Source of the DNA: Eutreptiella sp. 'Long Island Sound 2002'
Lineage: Eukaryota; Protista; Euglenida
Direction of reading: 5' to 3'
NCBI GenBank assembly: GCA_964036045.1
Contig: OZ038378.1
Location: 190,526,001 to 190,590,000 of the forward strand
Length of the DNA stretch: 64,000 nucleotides
Positions 25,753-35,057 of this stretch are shown piece by piece (the first letter of the stretch is position 1; each line of letters starts with the position of its first letter). The position numbers and the translations under genes were made by a program. The notes below the pieces were generated by a model. It saw only the letters and a list, made by a program, of their open reading frames with translations. It ran no database searches and was not told the DNA's origin.

Positions 25753-26639
25753 GCTTGAACCCTATGCTAGGGCTGGGTTGGAGTTATTGTTTGGGTCCAA
25801 AACGGAGGAGAGTAATGGAGAGTGACAAAAGTAGCCATGAACGAAATTTGGGGGATCTTGTTCAGCCTAATCAACATGGTAGGATGCTTAGGGGGAGGGC
25901 AAGGGGAGGTAAAGGGAGCGTGCGATGGACCAACGCTTGGCCTTGGGGGCATGTACCCCCCAAATCGCCCCACCTGGACCCCACCCCCCCAACCAACCCT
26001 ACCGGACCTCCCCCCCCCCCCCGGGCAAAAGCCCTCCCAGACCCCCCCCCCCTCGCCCTCCGTTCCCCAGAGAAGCCCTCCTCGGCGGCTACCCCCCCCC
26101 CCGAGCCCCCCCCCCCCCCCCCCTAGGGGGCCTTCGGCGTACTTCTACTGGGCGGGGGGTCGCGTCCAAAAGCGAGGAGACGCCCCCCCCGTGAATGAGA
26201 TATTTCTTTCGTTCTTTTTTCCCACTAAGGGCAGCCCGAGGTTATCAGTGGCAGGATTTAGTTACCAACAGCAGTTGACACCCAACCGGCGGACGTTGAT
26301 GCTTAATCAGTCAATAGTCAGCGAACGCCGAGGGAACCGTAGGTCGGCATTTTTCCTTTGTTCCCCCTTTTTGGCATTGATGACAGCCCTGGTCACAAGT
26401 AGATTTAGATCATTGAGCAATGCCTACACATGTCTTCAAACAACGTCATCGCCCGCCCCCCCGCCCACTGCTCTGCCCCCAGTCCCCCCCCCCCCTCAGT
26501 CCTCATGTCTCTTGTTCTGCAGCGGTCCTCAGCCCAAACAATCCCCCAGCACCTCAGCACTCTGACTGCCTCACGTGCGCCAACCCCGTCTCGGGCCTCC
26601 CCAATGCCGGCGTAACAACACGTCGCACCGCGCGCCCAC

Positions 26640-26906
26640 ATGGCGTCCTCGGTGCACTCGGTGCGGTCCAGCTACTCCTCCGCGTTTGGGTCGGAACCCG
26701 AGCACACGTCCGTGATGGCGTCCCTCAATGCCCAGCTCCAGACGGAACTGGCCTCCGTCCGCTCCGGGGGTGGCATGGTGACTCCGCCGCAGCACTTCTC
26801 CGCCCTTCGTGCGTGGAAGCAGCGCCGCCTCACACCACGCAACACCCCTGCCATGACCCCGCGGTCGTGGGCGTCGTCACAGGGGTCACCACGTGTCACA
26901 TCGCAG
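26640..26906 (+). CDS. Probable first coding exon of plus-strand host gene (MASSVHSVRSSYSSAFGSEPE...)
   Basis: ATG 26640, upstream polypyrimidine-AG at ~26505-26522, GC3-rich codons; 3' boundary uncertain. Confidence 0.5.
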
Positions 26907-27038
26907 GCCCTGACAGCGCATGAGAGCCAGACCGCCAAATGTATGGTCCCCCTGCCCCATTGTGTGACGTGGTGGACCCTGCACCCTGACGTCCCATCCC
27001 CCAGTCATGTCCTCTCCATGGTTTGTGGCACCCCTGAT

Positions 27039-27417
27039 GACAGAGCGATCGGCTCTCCTGCACTGCATGATAAGTCAGGGCATGCAGATGGAGGAGCAAG
27101 GGCTCTGCATCCAAAGAGCTTCGGTGGCAAAACTTTGACCTGACGTGGTGTCAATGGTATTGCGCTATTGACTGTGCTATGTTTGTGGGAAGGAGGGGTG
27201 TTTATCCAATTTTTGTGGCCAAAGTGTTTGCTCTCCGTCGGGGACATTTTTGGGAGAGGTACAAATCAGGATGTTCCGGGTGTATTTGCCGCAAAAGTAG
27301 AACAAGTACTGCACCAAGAATGGTCATAAATTTGGCGTTGTAAGGTTCTACCATCTTGGGGATGGTGTAGGAGGGTGTGCTTGGCTGTCAGGATTGTTTT
27401 TTTGAACCATCTATACC
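27039..27417 (+). repeat. Left copy of 379-bp direct duplication flanking the LINE (candidate giant TSD)
   Basis: gacagagcgatcgg...gaaccatctatacc, matches 37184-37562 with one mismatch seen (27054). Confidence 0.93.
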
Positions 27418-27504
27418 ACACCACCTAGGGACAGCAAAACTGCCCCGAGCGCCCCGACTAGCCCAACGACGGACACCACCGAGGTTCACAGCCCCGGATC
27501 ACGG

Positions 27505-28539
27505 ATGACCCCCACAGGAGGTCTAGACATCGAGTGTTCACGATGCGGCATCCGAGATTTCTATTCACTTTGCTGCAGCACATGTGGCGACCACCTCTGG
27601 GGTCTCGACGTCCATGAAGGGATGGCACCGGCACCAGTACCTGGCCTCGATGTTGAAACTGACGTGCAAAAAGCAGCATCGTCATCCACCCCTGCATCAG
27701 GCACTACCTCCTTTCTGACTGGGTGTGCACAACGCGAACCGCCACCGAGGGGCTCGCCACAACCCGAGCGACCACGGGCTGCACACTCCCCGCAGCTCCA
27801 CGTCGGCTGCCACATGGACCAACGGCCGACGGCCAGTCATGGGCCGCAAGTTCCGGTTTACCAGTGTGGAGATGTCCAACGACAACAAGACCCAATTGCA
27901 TATCTCATCCCAAGTCAAACGGATACAGATGATCCCGACTGGGGATGGCTCCCCGCCGGGTTGCTACACCGCCATGTGGGGCCCCCACCCCCTACGGATG
28001 CACAAGGTGACTCCAGCTGGGGATGGCTCCCTACCGATCTGCTCTATCGCCCGGAGGAACTCCCGACCTCTGCGGAAGCTCGTGCCTCACCAAGGTCCTC
28101 ATTGCTTCAGCTCGGGGAGGCCCATGGCGAACATGGAGAGGTGTCTTCGCTTGATGGATCGGGAGGGGGCCAATACTCCATTGAAGTTCGGAGACAAGAC
28201 CTCGAGCGTTGCCCTCTGTGCTACGAGGATGCCTTGCTGTTCCCGCTATTGTGTCACCCACTGCACCGGCTGTGCACCCTATGCGCATATGACCCCCGGC
28301 TTCAAGGATGCCCATGGCGATGCGCATCCCATGGACTCACAGGGCACCTCCAAGAGCCACCCCCCGCCCCCGGAGGGACCCCGCCCGGAGACGACGATTA
28401 CATGGACCTCGACACAGAATATCCCGAAGTGGACTTCAATCCAACGCACTCGTCTGGGGGGGTTTCCTCGGCCTCCCCTTCCTCCCCCAGTGCACTCCCC
28501 ATGCGAACTATATTACAAGATGTGGTGGATTCAGAATAG
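27505..28539 (+). CDS. ORF0: N-terminal Cys cluster, decayed 2A-like motif, C-terminal RING-like C3HC4 finger
   Basis: CSRC...CCSTC; VPVYQCGDVQRQQDP at 27850-27894; C-x2-C-x10-C-x3-H-x2-C-x2-C-x8-C-x3-C at 28210-28323. Confidence 0.7.
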   Translation: MTPTGGLDIECSRCGIRDFYSLCCSTCGDHLWGLDVHEGMAPAPVPGLDVETDVQKAASSSTPASGTTSFLTGCAQREPPPRGSPQPERPRAAHSPQLHVGCHMDQRPTASHGPQVPVYQCGDVQRQQDPIAYLIPSQTDTDDPDWGWLPAGLLHRHVGPPPPTDAQGDSSWGWLPTDLLYRPEELPTSAEARASPRSSLLQLGEAHGEHGEVSSLDGSGGGQYSIEVRRQDLERCPLCYEDALLFPLLCHPLHRLCTLCAYDPRLQGCPWRCASHGLTGHLQEPPPAPGGTPPGDDDYMDLDTEYPEVDFNPTHSSGGVSSASPSSPSALPMRTILQDVVDSE

Positions 28540-28563
28540 ACACGCCTCCAGCTCCATTTTGAG

Positions 28564-31500
28564 GTGCACTTCCCCGCGGTGCGCGAGACTCTGCTGGGGT
28601 CGTATGCCGATCTACATGTGCACGAGTGTACACGCCACCTACAACACTTCTTGAGGTTGACAGAGAGGGTCTTCTACGAGAGCAAGCGAGCAATTTTGAG
28701 CTATGCACTCGACTCAGCGACATCATCCACCGCACCCCCGCCACCACCACCACCGCCTCCTGGACCCCCTACGTCAGTTCCTTACCGCCGCAACTCCCAT
28801 ATTCCGGTGGTACAATGTGGCGACGTGGAGCGCAACCCGGGCCCCACATCCCCCACGCTACCCGGGTCCCCTGGACACCGGGGCCTCGAGTCCATGGAAT
28901 TAGACCCCATGCAACTCCAGTTCACGCCGACAAGAGATCCCTCTGAAGGTATCGAGGGCGCAGAGCCAACGGAGTTGTATCCTCTAGAGATGGGCGCAGC
29001 CTTGGATGGCTGCCCATCACTTGGGCCACTGGACCCCTATCGGCTCGACCGCCCGTGCAGTGCGTTGTATAACGCGGCATTTAAGGAGGCCATGGGCGAT
29101 ATTCGCCAGTACAGCTTCCCCAACGAGGTGTCGTGGGTCGTGGCGGCGGTCACCGCTCATCTCGACGAGTGTGTGTACCTTCGGATCCCGCCCGACATGA
29201 CACTCACCAAACCCACCGACCCTGGTTGGTTAGGGCTCATTTTCCAAGGACACGTCAAGCTCAATGCGGAGAGGTGGGACCACCGCATCTTCGCGGTGGA
29301 ATCCTTACTTCCGCAGTCGCACCAGCAATCTTGGGTGGCGGACACTGAGGTCACCTTCTTGGCAATACCCGTGCCGGTGGCACAACGCATCACTGAAGAA
29401 TCGGCCGCGTACGCCGCTGACACGTCTGACATGCTGCGCACCATGGTCCATGGCCAGCTGGAGTCTATCATCCAAGTGCAATCACACGACCAAGCCATGG
29501 AAGACGGAGCACCTCAGTCCCCCATGTATGTGACCCGCCCCGCTGTAGCGGGGGTGGAGGAAGAAGAATTGAAGCAGGCGGAACCAGCGCTGGGGAGTTA
29601 CCTCCTGCAACTTAGGCGGCTCCAGAGGGGCATGCGGTCGTACTTGACTTCCAGGCCGGAGCGCAAAGTCACGAATTGCCACCACCGCATTTTGAACTCC
29701 ACGGGTGAGGTATTCTTTGACACGCGACGCACGCAACTGGACCACAGGGTCACGGAGGACATCCTCGCCCATTATGACGTCACAGTGGAATACGGCAGCG
29801 ACGGCATCCACACCGTATTCCACAACGCCACGCCAATACATGCACAACGGTGCATCCTACACACCGAGGTCACCCAAAATCTGGATCCCTACTACGGGGA
29901 CCTCACCAATCGGACCGGAGTCCTCGTCCTCCCGGATGAACAGGGGACAAAAAAGGGATTCATGGAGGCACAAAACAGGCCCAACGCAACGCCTGTGGTG
30001 TGGGGCGGTACGGAGAACGACGCCATCCGGGAAATGGTGGATGTGCTGGCCCAAGGGCAAAAAGCGCATGCGCGTAAGCGTCTACTCATGGTGTACGTGG
30101 CCAACAAAAACCGGGACTCGGCCATTGCCACACTGCGTCTAGAGCAAGTCGAAAGACCCTCGCTTCGTGCAGCCAACAGATATCTGGCCGGGGTCACAAA
30201 GTGGACGGGCACGGTGAACGCAAAGTACGATGGGTGGACAGGTGATGAAACCTTTGCCCCCGGATTTGCTGAACCGCTCCCCCTCATGGGCGTCCTGTTG
30301 GATAACTCGGCTGAGTGGCGACCTGTGGAGGCCGTTGAGAGTCGTGAGTTGGACGTGCAAAACATGGACCACGATGATTTGTACGGGAACATACAAGACG
30401 GCGGGAAGTTCGCCATTGAGGAGGACACGGATACGGTTGTCCTAGAGTTCCCGGAAGCCATGAAAGTCAACACGCTCCATCGCATGTTCAAGTTCCTCAA
30501 CGAAACAGACATGGAGGTCCAAACCAGTATTGCCATGCAGCTACCCTCTAATAGCTTCCCGTTCATGGGGGCTATGGAGGCTCGCGCGTCGCGGTCTCAA
30601 TCCACGGCATACGAGGTCCGCCTCCCAAGACGACTTGTGGCCAAGGCCACGCGAGTGGTGGCCGAGGCAGCGGAGGCTAGATACAAACAAGATGACCAGC
30701 TAGTGGGCCCCTTCATCATCAACGAATCGGCACGCGAGCTCTGGATTGTGCGTCAGCGCTTTCGGGTGGAAAAAGAGGACAAAATCTCCTCTTACGAGGA
30801 TATCATACGGGACTTCCGCCAGAATCACCAGTTGATTCAGGGCACACTCATGGAGCATGTTGTGGGGATGAAGCCCGTCGACAATTATCGGTTGATGGTG
30901 CAGTTCAAGACGACCCTAGACTGCCTGACACTCGCCTCTGTGTTGAAACAAATCAACCATTACGAAGCGCAAAACGTGCTCACCAACGACATGATGTCGG
31001 GAGGGGTGTCACGGAGTAAATGGGGCTACGCGGCAGTCAAGGCACGAGCCCTGCTCCCGAACCCCGACCGCTCGCACGCTACGGAGATCTTTTGGGGAGC
31101 ATCGCTGGGAGTCTCCGAGTATGAATTGCGAGTGACCGTCGCCAGTTTTGGTCGGTACTTGACGTTGGCCGAGGAGCCTAGCTTCTACATGGAACCCACT
31201 TACGTGCATTATGTGAGGGCCACCTACGAAAACCCCCAAAGTGCGGGTCTTGCGGCAGGGCAGTTCCTTAAGGTTAAAGCTGGGGTCCTCCAATGTACCA
31301 CGGGCGACTCTACCCAGGATGCTCTCATCCGGGACCGCATCGATTCCATGTTGTTGGATGTGGTCCCGGACTCCTCTCAGGTCCGCCTTCCACATCGCCT
31401 CCAGTACGCTGCGAATTTCTTGGGAGCCAAGGAGGCCATGGCAAAACTGCATGATGAGCACCTCAAGACGAAACGTCTCCACGAACCCGCCATGGACACG

Positions 31501-31746
31501 CAAGAGAAAATGATGCAATGGGATACAGAGGACCCTCTCCTCCAGCCGAAGCGTGCCAAAACGGAAGCCCGGGACGCCCGTCTCCGCATGGACACGTGCC
31601 GACCTACGGCCTCCACCGCCAGCGACCTTAAGATCAAGACCAGTGCCTCCAAGCCACAGCTGGCTGCCCCGGCACATAAACCAACTGTAAAGCCCAAACC
31701 GCCCACGCCCGCACGGCGGGGTGTACCCAAACCAGCACGCAAGTGA
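28564..31746 (+). CDS. ORF1 (1060 aa, gag-equivalent by position) with an internal 2A motif near its N-terminus
   Basis: Uninterrupted ORF in the same frame as ORF0 and the APE ORF; HIPVVQCGDVERNPGP; basic C-terminus; no confidently named domain. Confidence 0.75.
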   Translation: MHFPAVRETLLGSYADLHVHECTRHLQHFLRLTERVFYESKRAILSYALDSATSSTAPPPPPPPPPGPPTSVPYRRNSHIPVVQCGDVERNPGPTSPTLPGSPGHRGLESMELDPMQLQFTPTRDPSEGIEGAEPTELYPLEMGAALDGCPSLGPLDPYRLDRPCSALYNAAFKEAMGDIRQYSFPNEVSWVVAAVTAHLDECVYLRIPPDMTLTKPTDPGWLGLIFQGHVKLNAERWDHRIFAVESLLPQSHQQSWVADTEVTFLAIPVPVAQRITEESAAYAADTSDMLRTMVHGQLESIIQVQSHDQAMEDGAPQSPMYVTRPAVAGVEEEELKQAEPALGSYLLQLRRLQRGMRSYLTSRPERKVTNCHHRILNSTGEVFFDTRRTQLDHRVTEDILAHYDVTVEYGSDGIHTVFHNATPIHAQRCILHTEVTQNLDPYYGDLTNRTGVLVLPDEQGTKKGFMEAQNRPNATPVVWGGTENDAIREMVDVLAQGQKAHARKRLLMVYVANKNRDSAIATLRLEQVERPSLRAANRYLAGVTKWTGTVNAKYDGWTGDETFAPGFAEPLPLMGVLLDNSAEWRPVEAVESRELDVQNMDHDDLYGNIQDGGKFAIEEDTDTVVLEFPEAMKVNTLHRMFKFLNETDMEVQTSIAMQLPSNSFPFMGAMEARASRSQSTAYEVRLPRRLVAKATRVVAEAAEARYKQDDQLVGPFIINESARELWIVRQRFRVEKEDKISSYEDIIRDFRQNHQLIQGTLMEHVVGMKPVDNYRLMVQFKTTLDCLTLASVLKQINHYEAQNVLTNDMMSGGVSRSKWGYAAVKARALLPNPDRSHATEIFWGASLGVSEYELRVTVASFGRYLTLAEEPSFYMEPTYVHYVRATYENPQSAGLAAGQFLKVKAGVLQCTTGDSTQDALIRDRIDSMLLDVVPDSSQVRLPHRLQYAANFLGAKEAMAKLHDEHLKTKRLHEPAMDTQEKMMQWDTEDPLLQPKRAKTEARDARLRMDTCRPTASTASDLKIKTSASKPQLAAPAHKPTVKPKPPTPARRGVPKPARK
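28801..28845 (+). other. Canonical 2A (StopGo) motif IPVVQCGDVERNPGP
   Basis: DVERNPGP at 28822-28845 is an exact match to D(V/I)ExNPGP. Confidence 0.85.
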
Positions 31747-33255
31747 CCCCAGTCTGGGGGCACGCTGGGATTCTACCTGTGGGTCCTGTGCCTCCTCGTC
31801 TGCCTGGAGGGTTGTGTTAGCCACGTCATGCGGCACTCACTACTCCTCGATATTCATGAGCTCGTCATGGTGGGGGCAGGACACGGGATTACATGGTACG
31901 TGGGACCGTCACGGGTGAGGCGCCGTTCGCCCCGACGCACATGGTGGGCCCATGGCATGAGATGGGAACACCGTGGGGCGCGCATTTACCGGGTCTGGGA
32001 CAGGGGGCGGCCTTTCAGTTGGCTTGTTTATAAGACGTATCTACGGGGGCACCTGGGCCCCTACAAGCCGTGGGAAGCCCTTCTACTGTTGCTTGGGGGA
32101 GACATCGAGCTCAACCCCGGGCCTTCAAGTGGTCAATGGGCTGCCGTGTATACCGCACTGAACAAGGGAGTGGTCAAGTCTGCTACCGGTTGCACGCAAC
32201 CAAGTGGCAATGGCCTCCGGTGGGCGTCCTTCAATATTGGGGGCCCCACGGTTGATTGGGACCGATGGGTCACCGTCGTACAGCTCTTGTTTGATATGCG
32301 CCTCGACATTGTCGGCTTACAAGAAGTTAAGCCTACCTTCCCCAACATAGAGGCGGCAACAACATTAACCTTCCCCGAGTGGCAGATCTACTATCACCCA
32401 CACCCGTCCGGGACCATCAATGGGGTGGCATTCCTGGTCCGCAACACAATGGACCACTTCGTGCTCAAGGACGGCAATAAACGTGCCTCGCTTTTTGCAG
32501 ACCCAGACGGGACCTTTCTCGGACTTACTTTGCAGCTTCCCAACAAGCCACGGCTACGGGTCCTCAACTACTATGGACTCCAAACTGCAGCCACCAAGAA
32601 GAGGCAAGATGCCTTTGTTGAGACACACCAATACGATGTACTCATGGGCGACTTCAACGACTCTATTTGGAGCAACACCCCAAGTCGGTTTTGGCACGAT
32701 GACCTTCTGAACCGCCGTCTATACGACCCGCTGCACGAACTATGCCCCGATGGGTCTGTACAGGCGGGACACACCAGAGGGTGCCACCGCCTGGATGCCA
32801 TCGTGGTCTCTTCGCGGTGCTGGGGGAATGTTAGCCCCATGACATACCATATTGTCGCCATGCCCACCTCCGACCACCGGCTCGTCCTAATGACTACAGG
32901 CCTCACCTCCACGGACTGTGAGTCCTTCATCAAAGCCACGCACCCTGCCAAGAAGTGGAATGTGCAGCAAGAGCGAGCCGCCGTGCAGGAGACACAACGC
33001 ATACTCGCCGGGCAAGACACCCCAATGGACGCAGTATCACGCGCTGATGCGGTCCTCAAGGCGGTGGCGCAGGCCGTCATTCGACAGGGGAAGCGCACCA
33101 AGCGGACCCGTCTCAAAACTAACACACAACAGGGCACAAACACTTCCAAGTGGTCAAGAAGCGCATCGCGCAGGAACTGCGCGAAGTGGCCAACAAGCGC
33201 CTCTATACCATGCGTCATGCTGCCCTCCGCAAGGATGGGGTATTCTTCCGCTTGA
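31747..33255 (+). CDS. ORF2 N-terminal part: 125-aa leader, 2A, AP endonuclease
   Basis: Frame stays open after TGA 31744-31746; APE motifs FNIGG, LQEV, GDFND, RLDAI, SDHRLV. Confidence 0.85.
   Translation, partial: PQSGGTLGFYLWVLCLLVCLEGCVSHVMRHSLLLDIHELVMVGAGHGITWYVGPSRVRRRSPRRTWWAHGMRWEHRGARIYRVWDRGRPFSWLVYKTYLRGHLGPYKPWEALLLLLGGDIELNPGPSSGQWAAVYTALNKGVVKSATGCTQPSGNGLRWASFNIGGPTVDWDRWVTVVQLLFDMRLDIVGLQEVKPTFPNIEAATTLTFPEWQIYYHPHPSGTINGVAFLVRNTMDHFVLKDGNKRASLFADPDGTFLGLTLQLPNKPRLRVLNYYGLQTAATKKRQDAFVETHQYDVLMGDFNDSIWSNTPSRFWHDDLLNRRLYDPLHELCPDGSVQAGHTRGCHRLDAIVVSSRCWGNVSPMTYHIVAMPTSDHRLVLMTTGLTSTDCESFIKATHPAKKWNVQQERAAVQETQRILAGQDTPMDAVSRADAVLKAVAQAVIRQGKRTKRTRLKTNTQQGTNTSKWSRSASRRNCAKWPTSASIPCVMLPSARMGYSSA
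32077..32124 (+). other. Canonical 2A (StopGo) motif ALLLLLGGDIELNPGP
   Basis: DIELNPGP at 32101-32124 preceded by a poly-Leu helix, as in characterised 2A peptides. Confidence 0.88.
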
Positions 33256-35057
33256 CCAAAAATTGGACCCGCGGACCATTGAAGCCCACGCAAAAGCAAC
33301 CCAGTCCGGACCTGGCGCGCGCTTTGCTGGCCAACTTCAGTGGCAACCCCCCCTATGACATGGCGGCCATTGAAGCACTCATCCCACAACTCATCCCACA
33401 GGGGCACATGACTGACGACCCACCAAGCTTCGATGAGTTCAAAAGGGCATGTATGGGCAAGCGCAAGAAAGCCGTGGGCCCTGATGGGGTTCCGCACCGC
33501 TTGCTGGGCATGCTGCCAGACGATACGCTGCACACATTGTATGAGGGGGTGCTAGAAGTATGGAGAACAGGAGATATCCCGCAGCATTGGCTGCGGTCTG
33601 AGGTGGTGTTGATGTACAAGAAAGGGGATCCTGACCGCCCCGAGAATTATCGACCCATTGCCGTGACCAACAGTATATATCGTGTTATCATGAAGTTGTA
33701 CAGGCCCCGTCTGCAGCGCCTTGTGGACCGGGTTGCTAGCCCCGAGCAGTATGGGTCAAGGCCTTTGCACACCGCAACTGAGCAAGCTGCAAACTTAGTC
33801 AACTCCCTCCACGAGCACGAAATGGAGGGCCGGGAGCCTTTTGTGGTTTTGTTGGATGTAGCCAAAGCCTTCCCGTCCGGAATCCATGAGGTCATTTTCT
33901 CCATCCTGAACCATGCCGGGCTCCCGCCGAACTATGTGAACGCCTTCCGCACGATCTATGCACATACTGACACATACACGGACATACAAGGAGAACGGAT
34001 ATATTTCAAGCCCACGCGGGGCGTCAAAGAAGGATGCCCCTGCTCCCCGCTCTTGTTCGCTATTGTATATGAGTTGTTGATCAAGCGTTTGATCGCCAAG
34101 TACCCGGACACATTCGTTTATGTTGACGATATTGCCATCATTGTCAAAGATTATTCTGAATTGGAACGACTCCTCACCGACCTCTCCGCTTGGGGGTCCC
34201 AGATTGGGATTCAGTTCAATCCTAACAAGACAGAAGTGTATCACTTCCACAGACCACGGTCCTCGGGCGCTACCTCAGGGGGTGCCCAGCAGGCAAAGCA
34301 CATCTGGTGGGGACAACATCGCCTCGACTTCAAGGATCCCATGTTCACCTACTTGGGCCACACCATCGCTGGTGTAGGGTATAGGGGCAAGGCTAGGGAT
34401 GCGCTCTTCGCCGCCCTGCAAGCTCAGGTAGCCGCATACACCATCCTCCCGTTGACAAGCTTTGAGCGGGCACAAATCGTCAATTCCGTACTCATCCCCA
34501 GGTGGGTGTATAAGAGTCTCTTTATGTGGGATGTGTGTTGGGGCAACCGCATGGAGACCGCCTTCGAAGAGTTTGTCCTTCAGGCTCCCCGCGTGGAAAA
34601 GTACCTGCAGTACCGCCTCTACACGGACGTCACCGAAGGGGGACTGGGCCTCCACAGTGCGTCCTGGGCCGGTTTATGCGCCCTTATTCAGCTAGTCCAA
34701 CGGGCCTTGCGAGTTCCACACAGGCCTATGACAAGGCATACCAACTCAGGTCATCTCCCACACATGGTGGAGAAGTACCGCAAAATCCTGCTGTCCTTTG
34801 GTATGGAAATGGGGCGCCTCCCTCGCGCCGGCCAATCGATAGGTCGAAAGGCACTCAAACGGGCCCACGATGACCTCGAGTCACTCTTCGATGATGAGGA
34901 CTCCGACGATTGCAGGTTTGAGTCGCTTGTACCCCACCAGTACCTCCAATCCATGCGTCCCAAGAGCGGCACTAGTCCCGTGCAACCCAACGTTGAGCAG
35001 TCAGGCCGTGCCTGGCACCAACATGGGGCAACCCACGGGGTCGACGTGGTACAGTGA
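33150..35057 (+). CDS. Reverse transcriptase segment of ORF2 (frameshifted relative to APE)
   Basis: KAVGPDG, YKKGD...NYRPIA, LLDVAKAF, GVKEGCPCSPLLF, YVDD. Confidence 0.92.
   Translation: MVKKRIAQELREVANKRLYTMRHAALRKDGVFFRLTKNWTRGPLKPTQKQPSPDLARALLANFSGNPPYDMAAIEALIPQLIPQGHMTDDPPSFDEFKRACMGKRKKAVGPDGVPHRLLGMLPDDTLHTLYEGVLEVWRTGDIPQHWLRSEVVLMYKKGDPDRPENYRPIAVTNSIYRVIMKLYRPRLQRLVDRVASPEQYGSRPLHTATEQAANLVNSLHEHEMEGREPFVVLLDVAKAFPSGIHEVIFSILNHAGLPPNYVNAFRTIYAHTDTYTDIQGERIYFKPTRGVKEGCPCSPLLFAIVYELLIKRLIAKYPDTFVYVDDIAIIVKDYSELERLLTDLSAWGSQIGIQFNPNKTEVYHFHRPRSSGATSGGAQQAKHIWWGQHRLDFKDPMFTYLGHTIAGVGYRGKARDALFAALQAQVAAYTILPLTSFERAQIVNSVLIPRWVYKSLFMWDVCWGNRMETAFEEFVLQAPRVEKYLQYRLYTDVTEGGLGLHSASWAGLCALIQLVQRALRVPHRPMTRHTNSGHLPHMVEKYRKILLSFGMEMGRLPRAGQSIGRKALKRAHDDLESLFDDEDSDDCRFESLVPHQYLQSMRPKSGTSPVQPNVEQSGRAWHQHGATHGVDVVQ

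Noticed and set aside
25718-25780. Telomere-telomere fusion scar
   Set aside because: Orientation is CCCTAA then TAGGG, the opposite of the TTAGGG-CCCTAA fusion signature, and the tract is very short
25755-26565. Long Pro-rich ORFs 25755-26126 and 25822-26565
   Set aside because: Products of poly-C/poly-G low-complexity repeat sequence; no coding signature
27418-27505. HDV-like ribozyme at LINE 5' ends (as in L1Tc), also checked at 15301
   Set aside because: No nested double-pseudoknot pattern recognisable by eye; both elements appear 5'-truncated because the ORF frames are open from the first base
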